From: Ardenticatenales bacterium | GTDB lineage: Bacteria; Chloroflexota; Anaerolineae; Promineifilales; UBA4811 | NCBI GenBank assembly: GCA_030667645.1 | Contig: DAOUVM010000001.1 | Span: 1-31,726 of the forward strand | Direction of reading: 5' to 3' | DNA: 31,726 bases | Shown here: one piece after another, positions 1 to 9,571 of the stretch | How the letters are laid out: every line of letters starts with the position of its first letter | Numbering within the stretch: the stretch's first letter is position 1 | The notes under the pieces: model-generated | Database searches by the model: none | What the model saw: only the letters and a program-made list of their open reading frames with translations | What the model was told of the DNA's origin: nothing | Program-made: the position numbers and the translations under genes

Positions 1-2171
1 GCATTGACCGCCACCAACGCATCGTCCGGCAGGTTGGCCTCAGCCCACTCTATGACCGCCAGGTCATCCGAACGAAACAGCACCGTCTCGGGACTCACCA
101 TGTCGATCATCTGGCGCACTCCAAAGAGACCGCTCCAAACAACGGCGGCCGTCATGCAGCCATACGCCAACATCCGCGCAGCCGGGTGAGGTGCGGCCAA
201 CCGCAGCCAATCGTCCACCATCCAGCCCAGGATGATGCCCACCGGAACGTAGAGACTAATGAACCAGGTATTGTTGTTGATCAGCCAGACGGCGGGCAGA
301 CCCAGCTTGTCGCTATTGATGATCACAAAGACCGCTGCGACCCAGGCTCCCAGCATGGCGACGGAACGCTTTCGCCGAAGGAGCGCCCAGAGCAACCCAA
401 CGGCGCCTGCGACAAGCCAGGCTCGCTCCCATCCGTAGGTCAGATACCCCCATGGGATATCATTGTACCCACCCAGGCTGCCTGGCTGCCCCAGGTTTGG
501 CAGCATGGGGATGAGTCGCTGCTCGCCCACACGGATCAGCCATGGAATCGAAACTCCAGCCATCACACCGACGACGACACCCAGCCAACCCAGGAGTGAA
601 CTCATTGCAGCTCTCCCTGGCTCGGGCGCTCGAGCCGGGGAACGAGAGTCGGGCCGGGATGGCACGGTAGCCCACACGCCGATCACAGCCACTGGCAACC
701 AGACCAAGGCATAGATCCAGACGCGTGCGTGAACCAGAAAGAGACCACCGAGGAGGAGTCCCAGCCTGATCGCCCGGCGGCCGAGGACGACGAATGCCAG
801 CCGGTCCGCAGAGCCAAAGAAGCGAAAAGACAAGCCCAGGAGCGGGGGAAGGATCAACAAGCCGCTCAGTTGTGTGTAGCGTCCCCAGGATAGATAATAC
901 GCGGGGAAGAGCGACAACAGGGCGACGAAAAAGGCAGCGAGAAGGCTGGCTCGCCTCCGGCCGGTGAGCAACACTGCCCCAGCATACACAGAGAGGGGAG
1001 CGAGCGCATTCAACATTTGGCCTCCGACGAGCAGGATTTGCGGCAGCGGCAAATCGGTCATCCAGTGCAGGGATGCCGCCAGCGTGTGAAAGCCAAAGTG
1101 GTAATAAAAGATATCCACCGGCATCCACGGCCGATATCCGACCGGGACCGTCCCGCTGTCGGCCATCATGCGGCTGATGAGTACGTGCTGCGGCGAATCG
1201 ACCCAGGGTGGCATCACCAGGTCCCGGATTGCCAACATGCGAACTGACAAACCCAACAACAGAATCAGCAGCAGGACGACTGTTTCCCGGCCAAGGTGGA
1301 GAGAGGGCCGGCGACGGCGCCAACGCAATACCAGAAGCAGTGCAGCGGCTCCGAGCGCCAGCCACAGGGAAGCACCACTCCACCGGCCGCCGATCTGGGT
1401 CAGGCAGAGCCAACCCAGTGGCAGGCAAATCAGGCTCCCGGCAAGAGCTACACCAAGCCGCACACCCAGGTCCCGGGAGGAAATTGACCGCGAGGGGAAG
1501 AGCACCAGGCCGGGGAGAAAGAGCAGCAGGGAGAGCGCGCCAAATAGCCCAAGTTGCCCGGCGGTGAATTGGGATAGGTCCCGGAGTGCTGCCGACAACA
1601 AGTAACGATAGAAGGACTGAAAGCGGAGATCAAGCGGCCGGGCCTGGCTAGCGGACGAGTCGCCCGGCTGTAATTCCACCGTGAGTTCGCCGCGCTGGTA
1701 GCCGTCTAGAGAGTACGCCCAGGCGGTGACCCGGTTGGCGGAAGTTCCCTCCAGCCGCAGCGTATATTCCCGCCCGGCCGAACGAGCGAGCGGCGGAAAC
1801 GCGAATCGCAGCGTCTGGTTGTGGGTCAGCGTCAGCGCATCCCAACTCTGGGCGTGCAATGGCCTGCCAGCACCATCCAGCAGGCTCAGGGTGAGAACAG
1901 ATACCTCAGCCTCGCGCGGGCCGGTGGGTTGGTGGACCACTAGAAGCAACTCCAAGGCGGTCAGACCATCATGCCGGGCCACAAAGCTCTGTTCCAGCGC
2001 TAGGATGGCAGTGGGAACCGGAGCGGGAACGTCGAGCCGGTCCTGGCGTTCGTCCACAGCCAATATCGGTCCGGGCCAGCCGATGCGCGAGGCCAGCAGC
2101 AAGGTCGCGACCGCCACCAGCCCTACTATCCAATAGAGCGGCCGTTCCCTTGAAAGGAGAGAGAGCTTCAT
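1..2171 (-). CDS. Large polytopic membrane protein, GT-C-fold glycosyltransferase-like (DUF6541/ArnT-like); 3' end runs off the window
   Basis: Hand translation from ATG at 2171 (MKLSLLSRERPLYWIVGLVAVATLLLAS...) reads open to position 1 (>=723 codons), ending ...RSDDLAVIEWAEANLPDDALVAVNA. N-terminal anchor, soluble beta-rich segment, then many TM helices with MPPWVDSPQH, YYHFGFH and YYLSWGRYTQL motifs. Missing from the ORF track because it has no stop in the window; ORF 460..1428 is a shadow frame. Confidence 0.85.
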   Translation of the reverse strand, partial: MKLSLLSRERPLYWIVGLVAVATLLLASRIGWPGPILAVDERQDRLDVPAPVPTAILALEQSFVARHDGLTALELLLVVHQPTGPREAEVSVLTLSLLDGAGRPLHAQSWDALTLTHNQTLRFAFPPLARSAGREYTLRLEGTSANRVTAWAYSLDGYQRGELTVELQPGDSSASQARPLDLRFQSFYRYLLSAALRDLSQFTAGQLGLFGALSLLLFLPGLVLFPSRSISSRDLGVRLGVALAGSLICLPLGWLCLTQIGGRWSGASLWLALGAAALLLVLRWRRRRPSLHLGRETVVLLLILLLGLSVRMLAIRDLVMPPWVDSPQHVLISRMMADSGTVPVGYRPWMPVDIFYYHFGFHTLAASLHWMTDLPLPQILLVGGQMLNALAPLSVYAGAVLLTGRRRASLLAAFFVALLSLFPAYYLSWGRYTQLSGLLILPPLLGLSFRFFGSADRLAFVVLGRRAIRLGLLLGGLFLVHARVWIYALVWLPVAVIGVWATVPSRPDSRSPARAPEPGRAAMSSLLGWLGVVVGVMAGVSIPWLIRVGEQRLIPMLPNLGQPGSLGGYNDIPWGYLTYGWERAWLVAGAVGLLWALLRRKRSVAMLGAWVAAVFVIINSDKLGLPAVWLINNNTWFISLYVPVGIILGWMVDDWLRLAAPHPAARMLAYGCMTAAVVWSGLFGVRQMIDMVSPETVLFRSDDLAVIEWAEANLPDDALVAVN

Positions 2172-2223
2172 TCAAACACTCAATTGACTGGTGTCACTGC
2201 AGCGGCGCAGCGCGGCCCTCGTT

Positions 2224-4827
2224 TCAGCCGGAAGAAAAGCGGCGCTTCCACTCGTAGAGCTTGTTGATAGCATCCAGCGGGGTCACGTTGGTTACATCCA
2301 GGGCCTTCAACTCGTCGAGCAGTGGGCTGGATTCAGGAAAGAGCGCCATCTGCTGGCTGGCTCCGAGATGGCTGGGGCGGCTCACCGCCTGGGGAGCACG
2401 GAGTTCCAACTCTCGGAGCAACTCGGCTGCCCGCTTGGTGACGGCGGCCGGAAGCCCGGCCATCTCCGCCACGTGGATTCCATAGCTACGGTCTGCCCCG
2501 CCGGGAACGATCTGGTGGAGAAACACGGGCCGGTCTCCCTCTTCGGTTACAGCCACGTTCAAGTTGGCAACGCCAGGGTATAGATCTTCCAGATCCGTCA
2601 ACTCGTGATAGTGGGTGGCAAAGAGAGTTTTGCACTTGAGAGCGGGGTGATTGTGGATGTACTCTATGACAGCCCAGGCAATAGAGAGTCCATCGTAGGT
2701 GCTAGTTCCCCGGCCAATCTCGTCCAGCACGACCAGGCTGCGGCCACTGGCATTGTTGAGGATGTTGGCCGTTTCGACCATCTCTACCATAAAGGTAGAT
2801 TGGCCAGCATAGACCTCGTCCTGCGCTCCCACGCGGGTGAAAATGCGGTCCACCAACCCGATGCGAGCCTCCTCGGCGGGGACAAAGCTGCCGATCTGAG
2901 CCATGAGCACGATGAGCGCCACCTGACGCAGGTAGACGCTCTTGCCAGACATGTTGGGCCCGGTGATGATGAGAACGCGCGCACCATCCTCAAAGGTCAC
3001 ATCGTTGGGCACAAAGCGCTCCCCCTCCAGCGCTTGCTCGACCACCGGGTGGCGACCGGCCCGAATCAGCAGGGAGTCCTGGCCGGTCAGTTCCGGCCGG
3101 ACATAGCCGGCGCGCACCGCTGCCTCGCCAAGCCCGGCAACAACATCAAGGTGAGAGAGGGCAGCGGAGAGCTCCAGTAGACGGGTCGCCGCTGCTCCCA
3201 CCTGCTCGCAGACCTGGCGGAAAAGGGCATGCTCAATCTCAACCTGCCGTTCATCGGCGTTGAGGATCACTGATTCGTACTCTTTGAGCTCGGGAGTGAT
3301 GTAGCGTTCGGCATTGACCAAGGTCTGCTTTCGGACAAAGTCAGCCGGCACGGCGGCCGTGTTCACTTTGCTCACCTCAAGATAGTATCCAAAGACCTTG
3401 TTGAAACCGACCTTGAGCTTTTTGATCCCGGTTCGCTCCCGTTCGGTACGCTCCAGGTTGGCAATCCACTCTCTGGCATCGCGCGCGGTTGCCTGCACAC
3501 CATCCAGCTCGGCGGAAAATCCGGCCCGGATCACCCCTGGTTTGGACAGCAATCGAGGTGGCTCGTCGGCAATTGCCTGGGTGAGCAGACTCAAGGTCTC
3601 GGAACAGGGAGGCAGAGCAGGAAGGTCCTCCACCCCCACCAATAGATCCCGTATCGGACCCAGGGCCTGCAAAACCGCTCGTATACCGACCAGATGGTTG
3701 GGGCGAGCGTTGCGGCTCACCAATCGATTGGTGAGCCTTTCCAGATCAGCCAGCGGCCGCAGGAGCGCGCGGAGTCCAGCTCGCAATTCACCGTCGCGGA
3801 CAAATACCTCCACCTTGTCCAACCGCGCGTTAAGCAAGGCAAGGTCCAGCAGCGGCTGATTGAGCCAACGACGCAACAGCCGCCCACCCATGGGAGTGAC
3901 GGTCGCGTCCAGCACATCGAGCAGCGAACCTCGCTTGACTCGGCCCCGAATGCTCTCTGTCAACTCGAGGTTGCGGCGGGTGGCTGCATCTAGAGCCATG
4001 AATTCAGAGACGCAGTAGGTGGAAAGAGTGACCAGTTGCGCCAGGGAGCCAATCTGGGTTTGCTGCAGATACTGGAGGGCCGCCCCGGCGGCGCGGATCG
4101 CTTCAGGCTGTCGATCGCATCCATAGCCCGCCAACGTGCTGACGCGAAAGTGGGTCTGAAGGACCATTCGCGCGTTCGCCTCTTCAAAACGCCAATCGGG
4201 AAGGTAAGAGATGGATGAAACGGCCGCCCTCACCTCCCGCCAAGGGGAGGGATCCCGGGCCGACTCGAGCAGCACTAGTTCGGACGGGGCTAGCCGATGA
4301 AGCTCATCCAGCAACTGGCCAAACGCCTCTTCTCTCGATGATTCCCGCGAGCTAGAGCCGGAGATCTGCACCGTCGCAAACTCGCCGGTGGAGATGTCAA
4401 CATAGGCCAAGCCATACCGCCGGCCTTCCGCGTCAGCCACCACGGCCGCCAGATAGTTGTTCTGCTTGTTTTCCAGCAGCTCCGATTCGATGATCGTGCC
4501 CGGGGTTACGACGCGCACCACCTCGCGCGGAACCAGCCCCCCAATTGGCTCACTCCCCAACTGATCGCAGATGGCCACGTGATAGCCCTTGGCCACCAGT
4601 CGGGCTATATAGCCGTCGGCCGCGTGGTACGGGACGCCAGCCATCGGTATGCGCACCCCTTTCGAGATCGGCCGGCTGGTGAGCACGAGATCGAGTTCCC
4701 GGGCCGCGACTTTGGCATCATCGTCGAAAGTCTCGTAGAAATCACCCAGCCGGAAAAACAGAATGGCGTCCGGGTATTGACGCTTGACCTCCAGATACTG
4801 ACGGCGAACAGGAGTTTCTTTGGTCAC
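2224..4827 (-). CDS. mutS: DNA mismatch repair protein MutS (MutS1)
   Basis: TPVRRQY...FFRLGDFYETF mismatch-binding motif, Walker A ITGPNMSGKS, STFMVEM, DEIGRGTST, FATHYHEL; GTG start. Confidence 0.98.
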   Translation of the reverse strand: MTKETPVRRQYLEVKRQYPDAILFFRLGDFYETFDDDAKVAARELDLVLTSRPISKGVRIPMAGVPYHAADGYIARLVAKGYHVAICDQLGSEPIGGLVPREVVRVVTPGTIIESELLENKQNNYLAAVVADAEGRRYGLAYVDISTGEFATVQISGSSSRESSREEAFGQLLDELHRLAPSELVLLESARDPSPWREVRAAVSSISYLPDWRFEEANARMVLQTHFRVSTLAGYGCDRQPEAIRAAGAALQYLQQTQIGSLAQLVTLSTYCVSEFMALDAATRRNLELTESIRGRVKRGSLLDVLDATVTPMGGRLLRRWLNQPLLDLALLNARLDKVEVFVRDGELRAGLRALLRPLADLERLTNRLVSRNARPNHLVGIRAVLQALGPIRDLLVGVEDLPALPPCSETLSLLTQAIADEPPRLLSKPGVIRAGFSAELDGVQATARDAREWIANLERTERERTGIKKLKVGFNKVFGYYLEVSKVNTAAVPADFVRKQTLVNAERYITPELKEYESVILNADERQVEIEHALFRQVCEQVGAAATRLLELSAALSHLDVVAGLGEAAVRAGYVRPELTGQDSLLIRAGRHPVVEQALEGERFVPNDVTFEDGARVLIITGPNMSGKSVYLRQVALIVLMAQIGSFVPAEEARIGLVDRIFTRVGAQDEVYAGQSTFMVEMVETANILNNASGRSLVVLDEIGRGTSTYDGLSIAWAVIEYIHNHPALKCKTLFATHYHELTDLEDLYPGVANLNVAVTEEGDRPVFLHQIVPGGADRSYGIHVAEMAGLPAAVTKRAAELLRELELRAPQAVSRPSHLGASQQMALFPESSPLLDELKALDVTNVTPLDAINKLYEWKRRFSSG

Positions 4828-4941
4828 ATCTCACTCGCTTGAGCGCGATTCCCCTCTCGCGCCAACGACTGCCAATACGTCCTGGTCCACGTCTCCCCGC
4901 CATGACCAGAGAGGCGAACAAGGCCCAACGGGCCTCCACAC

Positions 4942-6300
4942 CTATTGGACAACCACCACTTTGTCCTCACCAATCCGCTCAGATATCTCCTTCCACGCTG
5001 TGAGCGCGTCTCCCGCAACGAACAATGAGCCGGTAATGCAGATGACATCATCCGAGCCCGCCATTTCCCACGCCATGGCGATGGCGGATGACACGGTGGG
5101 AGCTTGTCGAGCGGCAAAGCCTTGCTCCTCCCACCGGCGGTGCAGGTCGGCCGGATCAGCGGCACGCGGGTGATCGGCGGCGGTGAGAATGACCTCATCC
5201 GCCGTGGACACGAGCACCCGGATCATTTCTGCCAGATCTTTGTCGGCCGTGGCCCCAAAGACGAGGATGCGGCGGCGATCCGGGAACAATGCCTCCACCG
5301 TCTGACGAACCCACCGGACGGACGCTACATTGTGCGCGCCATCCACGACAACAACCGGCCGCCGGTGGAGGATCTGGAACCGACCCGGCCATTCCACCTG
5401 CTGGAGGCCGCGCCGGATGGCCTGATCGGTCAACCGGGGCAAACCCTGCCGGGCGATGTCCAGAGCGGCCAACGCTACCGTGGCATTGATCACCTGATGC
5501 TCACCCAGGAGAGGGATATGGTAGCGGCCTCCTGGCCGGCCGAAGCACTCGGGGCAATCGGCGCAGAACCATTGTCCATCCAGATCGGCATGGCCCGGTT
5601 CATACTGCCAGTCCCGGCCAACCAGCGTGAATCCGGCGCCCTTGTCGGCTGCGATCCGCTCCAGAACAGCCAGCGCTTCCTCAGGTTGGGGTGCGCTGAC
5701 TAGAGGCACACCGGGTTTTATGATCCCACCCTTTTCGGCCGCGATTTCTGCCAGCGATTCTCCAAGAAGATGAGTATGGTCATAGCTCAAGGAGGTGATG
5801 ACAGATACAAGGGGGGAGATGACGTTGGTAGCATCGAGCCGGCCGCCCAATCCTACCTCGATCACCGCCACCTCGACCTGGCAGCGAGCAAAATGCAAGA
5901 ATGCCAACGCAGTCATCAATTCGAACGTGGTGATGCCCTCGACCTGGGCGACGGTCGGACGGACATCCGACACGAGGCTCACCAGATCGGTGGGCGAGAT
6001 CCAGGATCCATTCACCTGAAATCGTTCAGCCAGGGACTGGAGATGGGGCGAGACGTACAATCCGGTTCGCAGACCGGCGGAGCGCAACGCACTGGCGCAA
6101 ATCGCGGCCGCCGAGCCCTTGCCCTTGGTGCCAGCAATGTGAATGGCCGGATAATCCAGATGAGGATTCCCCAGGAGCCCCAGGAGACGCGCCGGCCGCG
6201 TTGGGTCGATCACTCCCGGTGCATACCGGTACTGCGGCTCGACCTCATAGTTGGTAAAGCTGTAGATATAGTCGAGCGCCTGAGTGTAAGAGATCGTCAT
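4942..6300 (-). CDS. folC: Bifunctional folylpolyglutamate synthase / dihydrofolate synthase
   Basis: IHIAGTKGKGS, SPHL, EVGLGGRLDATN, HQVINA, WPGRFQ, DGAHN motifs; start reassigned to ATG 6300 (MTISYTQALDYIYS) after an AGGA RBS. Confidence 0.95.
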   Translation of the reverse strand: MTISYTQALDYIYSFTNYEVEPQYRYAPGVIDPTRPARLLGLLGNPHLDYPAIHIAGTKGKGSAAAICASALRSAGLRTGLYVSPHLQSLAERFQVNGSWISPTDLVSLVSDVRPTVAQVEGITTFELMTALAFLHFARCQVEVAVIEVGLGGRLDATNVISPLVSVITSLSYDHTHLLGESLAEIAAEKGGIIKPGVPLVSAPQPEEALAVLERIAADKGAGFTLVGRDWQYEPGHADLDGQWFCADCPECFGRPGGRYHIPLLGEHQVINATVALAALDIARQGLPRLTDQAIRRGLQQVEWPGRFQILHRRPVVVVDGAHNVASVRWVRQTVEALFPDRRRILVFGATADKDLAEMIRVLVSTADEVILTAADHPRAADPADLHRRWEEQGFAARQAPTVSSAIAMAWEMAGSDDVICITGSLFVAGDALTAWKEISERIGEDKVVVVQ

Positions 6301-6357
6301 GGTTCCTGTCTGCCGGAATGCTGACCCTCCAATCCGTGGGTGAGGGCGAGCGCGGTG

Positions 6358-6385
6358 ATTGTATCGAATCGAGGGTGAAAAGCAA
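6358..6385 (-). promoter_or_regulatory. Putative sigma70 promoter for folC-mutS
   Basis: Minus strand TTGCTT-16 bp-TACAAT, ~55 bp upstream of the folC ATG. Confidence 0.45.
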
Positions 6386-6407
6386 GGGTGACGGTGGCAC
6401 AAAGTAT

Positions 6408-6436
6408 TTGACACGCCCCTGGCGGTTTGGTACACT
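6408..6436 (+). promoter_or_regulatory. Sigma70 promoter for the Ig-repeat protein / GT2 unit
   Basis: TTGACA-17 bp-TACACT with an extended -10 TG. Confidence 0.75.
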
Positions 6437-6488
6437 GGCTCGCAATGGATGCCTGCACTCGCCGGCCGCAGATTGGTGGAGATCCCTC

Positions 6489-7802
6489 TTGCGCATTCCC
6501 CGCCTACTAGCTATCGCCCTATCCCTGGTCGGTTTGGCGGTGATCATCGCCACCTTGTATGGCACGCTGAACCTTGACCGCAGCCTGATCAGGGACGCTG
6601 ATTTCAGCTTGGACACCATCACGCCCAATGCGGATGGAGATCGCGATGTCACGCGCATTCAATACACACTCTCTCGCAGCGCGAATCTGTCCATCTACTT
6701 TGGTGACGAGGACGGACGTACATACTATTTTCGGCGGGATAGGCGGCGATCAGCAGGAGAGTACGCAGTTCTGTTCAGCGGTGTGGTGGAGGGCTTTGGC
6801 CGGCCGGGAGAAGAATTTGAGGGATTGGTGGAAGCCCGCCTGCTGCCTGATGGCAAGTATACCTGGTTCATAGCAGCTAGTGACGCAGCCGGAGTAGTGG
6901 AGAAACAGAGCGGCCGGCTTACCGTGCGCGAAGGGGCGCCGCTCGTCCCGGACATTCAGGGTTTCAGCGCCGCCCCCTTACATTTCACGCCTAACCGGGA
7001 TGGCATCTCGGACCGAGTCACGATCAACCTCTATCTGCCCAAACCGGCCCAGGTGAGAGTGTTCGCGCTAGGTGAGGATGGTGTAGAGTATCCCATTGAC
7101 GAAGTAGAGCGGGACGTGCCACCGGGCGAAGCGGGCATGCACCAATTCGACTATGCGGGTGGAGTGGACGACGGGGCCACCCCGCCCCCGGACGGATCCT
7201 ATCAGATATGGGCAGTAGCCGAGGATGACGAGGGGCAACGGGTCAGCAATACGATCGAGCTGACGCTAGAGCACGGCGGTATACCACGGGCGGACATTGT
7301 GCAGGCCAGCATAGATTGGTCAGCCAAGACGATAGTCCTGTGTGATACGCTCTACTTTACGCTGACAGTGGAGAACTATGGCGATGCGCCCATCCGAACG
7401 ACGGGTCCCTCTCCCGGCACTGTGTATGACAGCGATTGGAACTTTAACAAGCTTGGCTGGCACGTAGAATCGGGCGCCTGGAGGGTAGCCATTGGTTTCG
7501 ACAACCAGTTGAGCGACTATCCACACCGGTGGGCGGTGGGCAGCAGAGACGATCTGGTGCAGATCGGGGAACACTGGTACCTTCCGGCCGGCGAGCGAGC
7601 GACAATCACCGGCGGGATACGGTTTGTTGATCTCCCGGCCCGCAATCCATCCTACTATTGGGCCGGCCTGATCCACGAGGATGTGGAGATCAGTCAATTC
7701 AACAATCGAGTCGATCCCCTGTTCCTCACCATCGGTGCGACCGATATCCAAGCGCCGGCCCCCTGCCCAAGCCGGACACCTGAGATAAAAACCGGCGGCT
7801 AG
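6489..7802 (+). CDS. Membrane-anchored extracellular protein with two FlgD-Ig-like repeats and a C-terminal domain of unknown function
   Basis: TTG start at 6489 after GGAG; N-terminal hydrophobic helix LLAIALSLVGLAVIIATLYG; two repeats TITPNADGDRDVTRIQYTL and HFTPNRDGISDRVTINLYL, each followed by a DG-x-Y beta motif. Confidence 0.75.
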   Translation: MRIPRLLAIALSLVGLAVIIATLYGTLNLDRSLIRDADFSLDTITPNADGDRDVTRIQYTLSRSANLSIYFGDEDGRTYYFRRDRRRSAGEYAVLFSGVVEGFGRPGEEFEGLVEARLLPDGKYTWFIAASDAAGVVEKQSGRLTVREGAPLVPDIQGFSAAPLHFTPNRDGISDRVTINLYLPKPAQVRVFALGEDGVEYPIDEVERDVPPGEAGMHQFDYAGGVDDGATPPPDGSYQIWAVAEDDEGQRVSNTIELTLEHGGIPRADIVQASIDWSAKTIVLCDTLYFTLTVENYGDAPIRTTGPSPGTVYDSDWNFNKLGWHVESGAWRVAIGFDNQLSDYPHRWAVGSRDDLVQIGEHWYLPAGERATITGGIRFVDLPARNPSYYWAGLIHEDVEISQFNNRVDPLFLTIGATDIQAPAPCPSRTPEIKTGG

Positions 7803-7805
7803 GCG

Positions 7806-8738
7806 ATGCTGGATCTCGCCGTCATCATTGTCTCTTGGAACGTGCGCCAGTTGCTGGAAGAGTGCCTGGCGTCGGTGTACCGGAGCCTGTCGGTTTGCAC
7901 ATCAGCAGGCAAGGGGTCCGGGCTGGCAGCTTCGGTCTGGGTAGTGGACAACGATTCGGCCGACGGCACACCGCAGATGGTGCGAGAGCTTTTCCCGCAA
8001 GCCCGATTGATGGCGAACACGGAGAACCTGGGCTTTGCCGGCGGGAATAACCAGGCCATTGAAAGCGCGCTGCCAGAGACCCCTCGCCATCTCATGCTGC
8101 TCAACCCCGACACGGTCGTCCAGGGCAGAGCATTGGAGACACTGGTCAGATTTATGGATCGCACACCCAATGCGGGTATGGCCGGGGCTCGACTGGTGGA
8201 CGGAGATGGGTCTTTTCAGCACAGCGGCTTTCGGTTTCCAGGATTGGCGCAAATCCTCTTGGACCTTTATCCTCTTCCAGCGCGCCTGCACGAGACGCGC
8301 CTGAACGGACGCTACCCAAGGCCGTGGTATGAGGCCGATGCCCCGCCGTTCCGGATCGATCACCCGCTGGGAGCTGCGGTGATGATTCGACGCGAGGCCA
8401 TAGCGACCGTGGGTCTGCTGGACACCCAGTTTTTCATGTACTGTGAAGAGATCGATTGGGCTATGCGAATCAAAGCCGCCGGCTGGGATATCTATTGCGT
8501 ACCAGCGGCCGAGATCATCCACCTGGGCGCTCAGAGCACCTCGCAGATCAAGGCCGCTTCATTCGTGAACCTGTGGCGCAGCCGCTTCCGGCTATACAGA
8601 AAACACACTTCCGGCCTTGGGATGTGCCTGGCACGTTGGCTGGTCCAGCTCGGAATGAGACTCAGAGCACGCCAGGCTGATTCGGAGACGCTGAGGTCGG
8701 CGTACCGGGAGGCAAGGGATGCATGGAGCTGCGGATGA
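7806..8738 (+). CDS. Glycosyltransferase family 2 (WbbL/rhamnosyltransferase-like)
   Basis: AVIIVSWNV, VVDNDSADGT, NLGFAGGNN, LLNPD, FFMYCEEIDW motifs. Confidence 0.93.
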   Translation: MLDLAVIIVSWNVRQLLEECLASVYRSLSVCTSAGKGSGLAASVWVVDNDSADGTPQMVRELFPQARLMANTENLGFAGGNNQAIESALPETPRHLMLLNPDTVVQGRALETLVRFMDRTPNAGMAGARLVDGDGSFQHSGFRFPGLAQILLDLYPLPARLHETRLNGRYPRPWYEADAPPFRIDHPLGAAVMIRREAIATVGLLDTQFFMYCEEIDWAMRIKAAGWDIYCVPAAEIIHLGAQSTSQIKAASFVNLWRSRFRLYRKHTSGLGMCLARWLVQLGMRLRARQADSETLRSAYREARDAWSCG

Positions 8739-9475
8739 ATGAGATTGCAGCCGTGATCCTGACGCTCAACGAGCAGAAACAGATCAAGGAGTGTATCGCA
8801 AGCGTCCGCTGGGCAGACCGCGTCGTCGTATTCGACACCTATAGCACCGACCAGACGGTCCCGCTGGCCCGCTCGGCCGGCGCAGAGGTCTTGCAGCACC
8901 GGTTCGAGAACTATGCGCAGATTCGTAACGCGGCGCTAGAGGCGGTTCAATCCGACTGGGTCTTTTTCATAGATGCGGACGAGCGCGCAACATCAGCCCT
9001 CACGGCCGAGATCCGGGAGGTGACAGCCAATCGGCCGGAGAACGGCTGGTGGGTTCCCCGTCACAATTACCTGTTCGGCAAACTCACGCTGGGTGCGGGC
9101 TGGTACCCGGACTATCAGATGCGGCTGATACGTCGTGGAAAAGGGATCTATGACCGCCCGGTGCACGAGGTAGTAATCCTGACCGGAGATGCTGGCTATC
9201 TCCAAAACCCGCTGCTTCACTTTAATTATGAAACGATAGCCGAGTTTCACGCCAAGCAGGCCCGCTACTCTGACTATGGCGCCGAGAGGTTGCACAGTGA
9301 GGGTCTACGACCGAGGGCGTACAGCCCTGCCACGCAGTTTCTCCACCATTTCTACTGGCGGTTCATCAGCCTTCACGGGTACCGGGACAGACTGCATGGG
9401 CTGCGACTCTGCCTGTTGACCGCCTGGTATGAAGCTATCACATACCAGAAACTGCGGCGACTGTGGGCAGATTGA
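8735..9475 (+). CDS. Glycosyltransferase family 2 (KdtX/WaaE-like small beta-glycosyltransferase)
   Basis: VILTLNEQ, VFDTYSTDQT, FFIDADER, YPDYQMRL, VHE motifs; ATGA overlap with the upstream stop indicates translational coupling. Confidence 0.92.
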   Translation: MNEIAAVILTLNEQKQIKECIASVRWADRVVVFDTYSTDQTVPLARSAGAEVLQHRFENYAQIRNAALEAVQSDWVFFIDADERATSALTAEIREVTANRPENGWWVPRHNYLFGKLTLGAGWYPDYQMRLIRRGKGIYDRPVHEVVILTGDAGYLQNPLLHFNYETIAEFHAKQARYSDYGAERLHSEGLRPRAYSPATQFLHHFYWRFISLHGYRDRLHGLRLCLLTAWYEAITYQKLRRLWAD

Positions 9476-9500
9476 CGCACCCCCAGGTTCCTGCTATACT
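9472..9500 (+). promoter_or_regulatory. Sigma70 promoter for the HNH endonuclease
   Basis: TTGACG-17 bp-TATACT with extended -10 TG; the -35 overlaps the upstream stop codon. Confidence 0.7.
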
Positions 9501-9571
9501 GCCCTGAATTCTGACCCGCGGGCTCTCTGGTCACGAGTGCAAAGTCTGCGGTGGAAATCCGGAGTCGGAAG

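Noticed and set aside
460-1428. 322-aa minus-strand ORF from the track
   Set aside because: Shadow frame of the real GT-C-like gene (2171->1); its composition is Pro/Arg/Ala-rich with no motifs.
4828-4941. folC TAG followed in frame by ~36 sense codons, in frame with mutS (possible pyrrolysine or readthrough)
   Set aside because: A TGA intervenes before mutS, FolC is already complete, and the extension is not protein-like.
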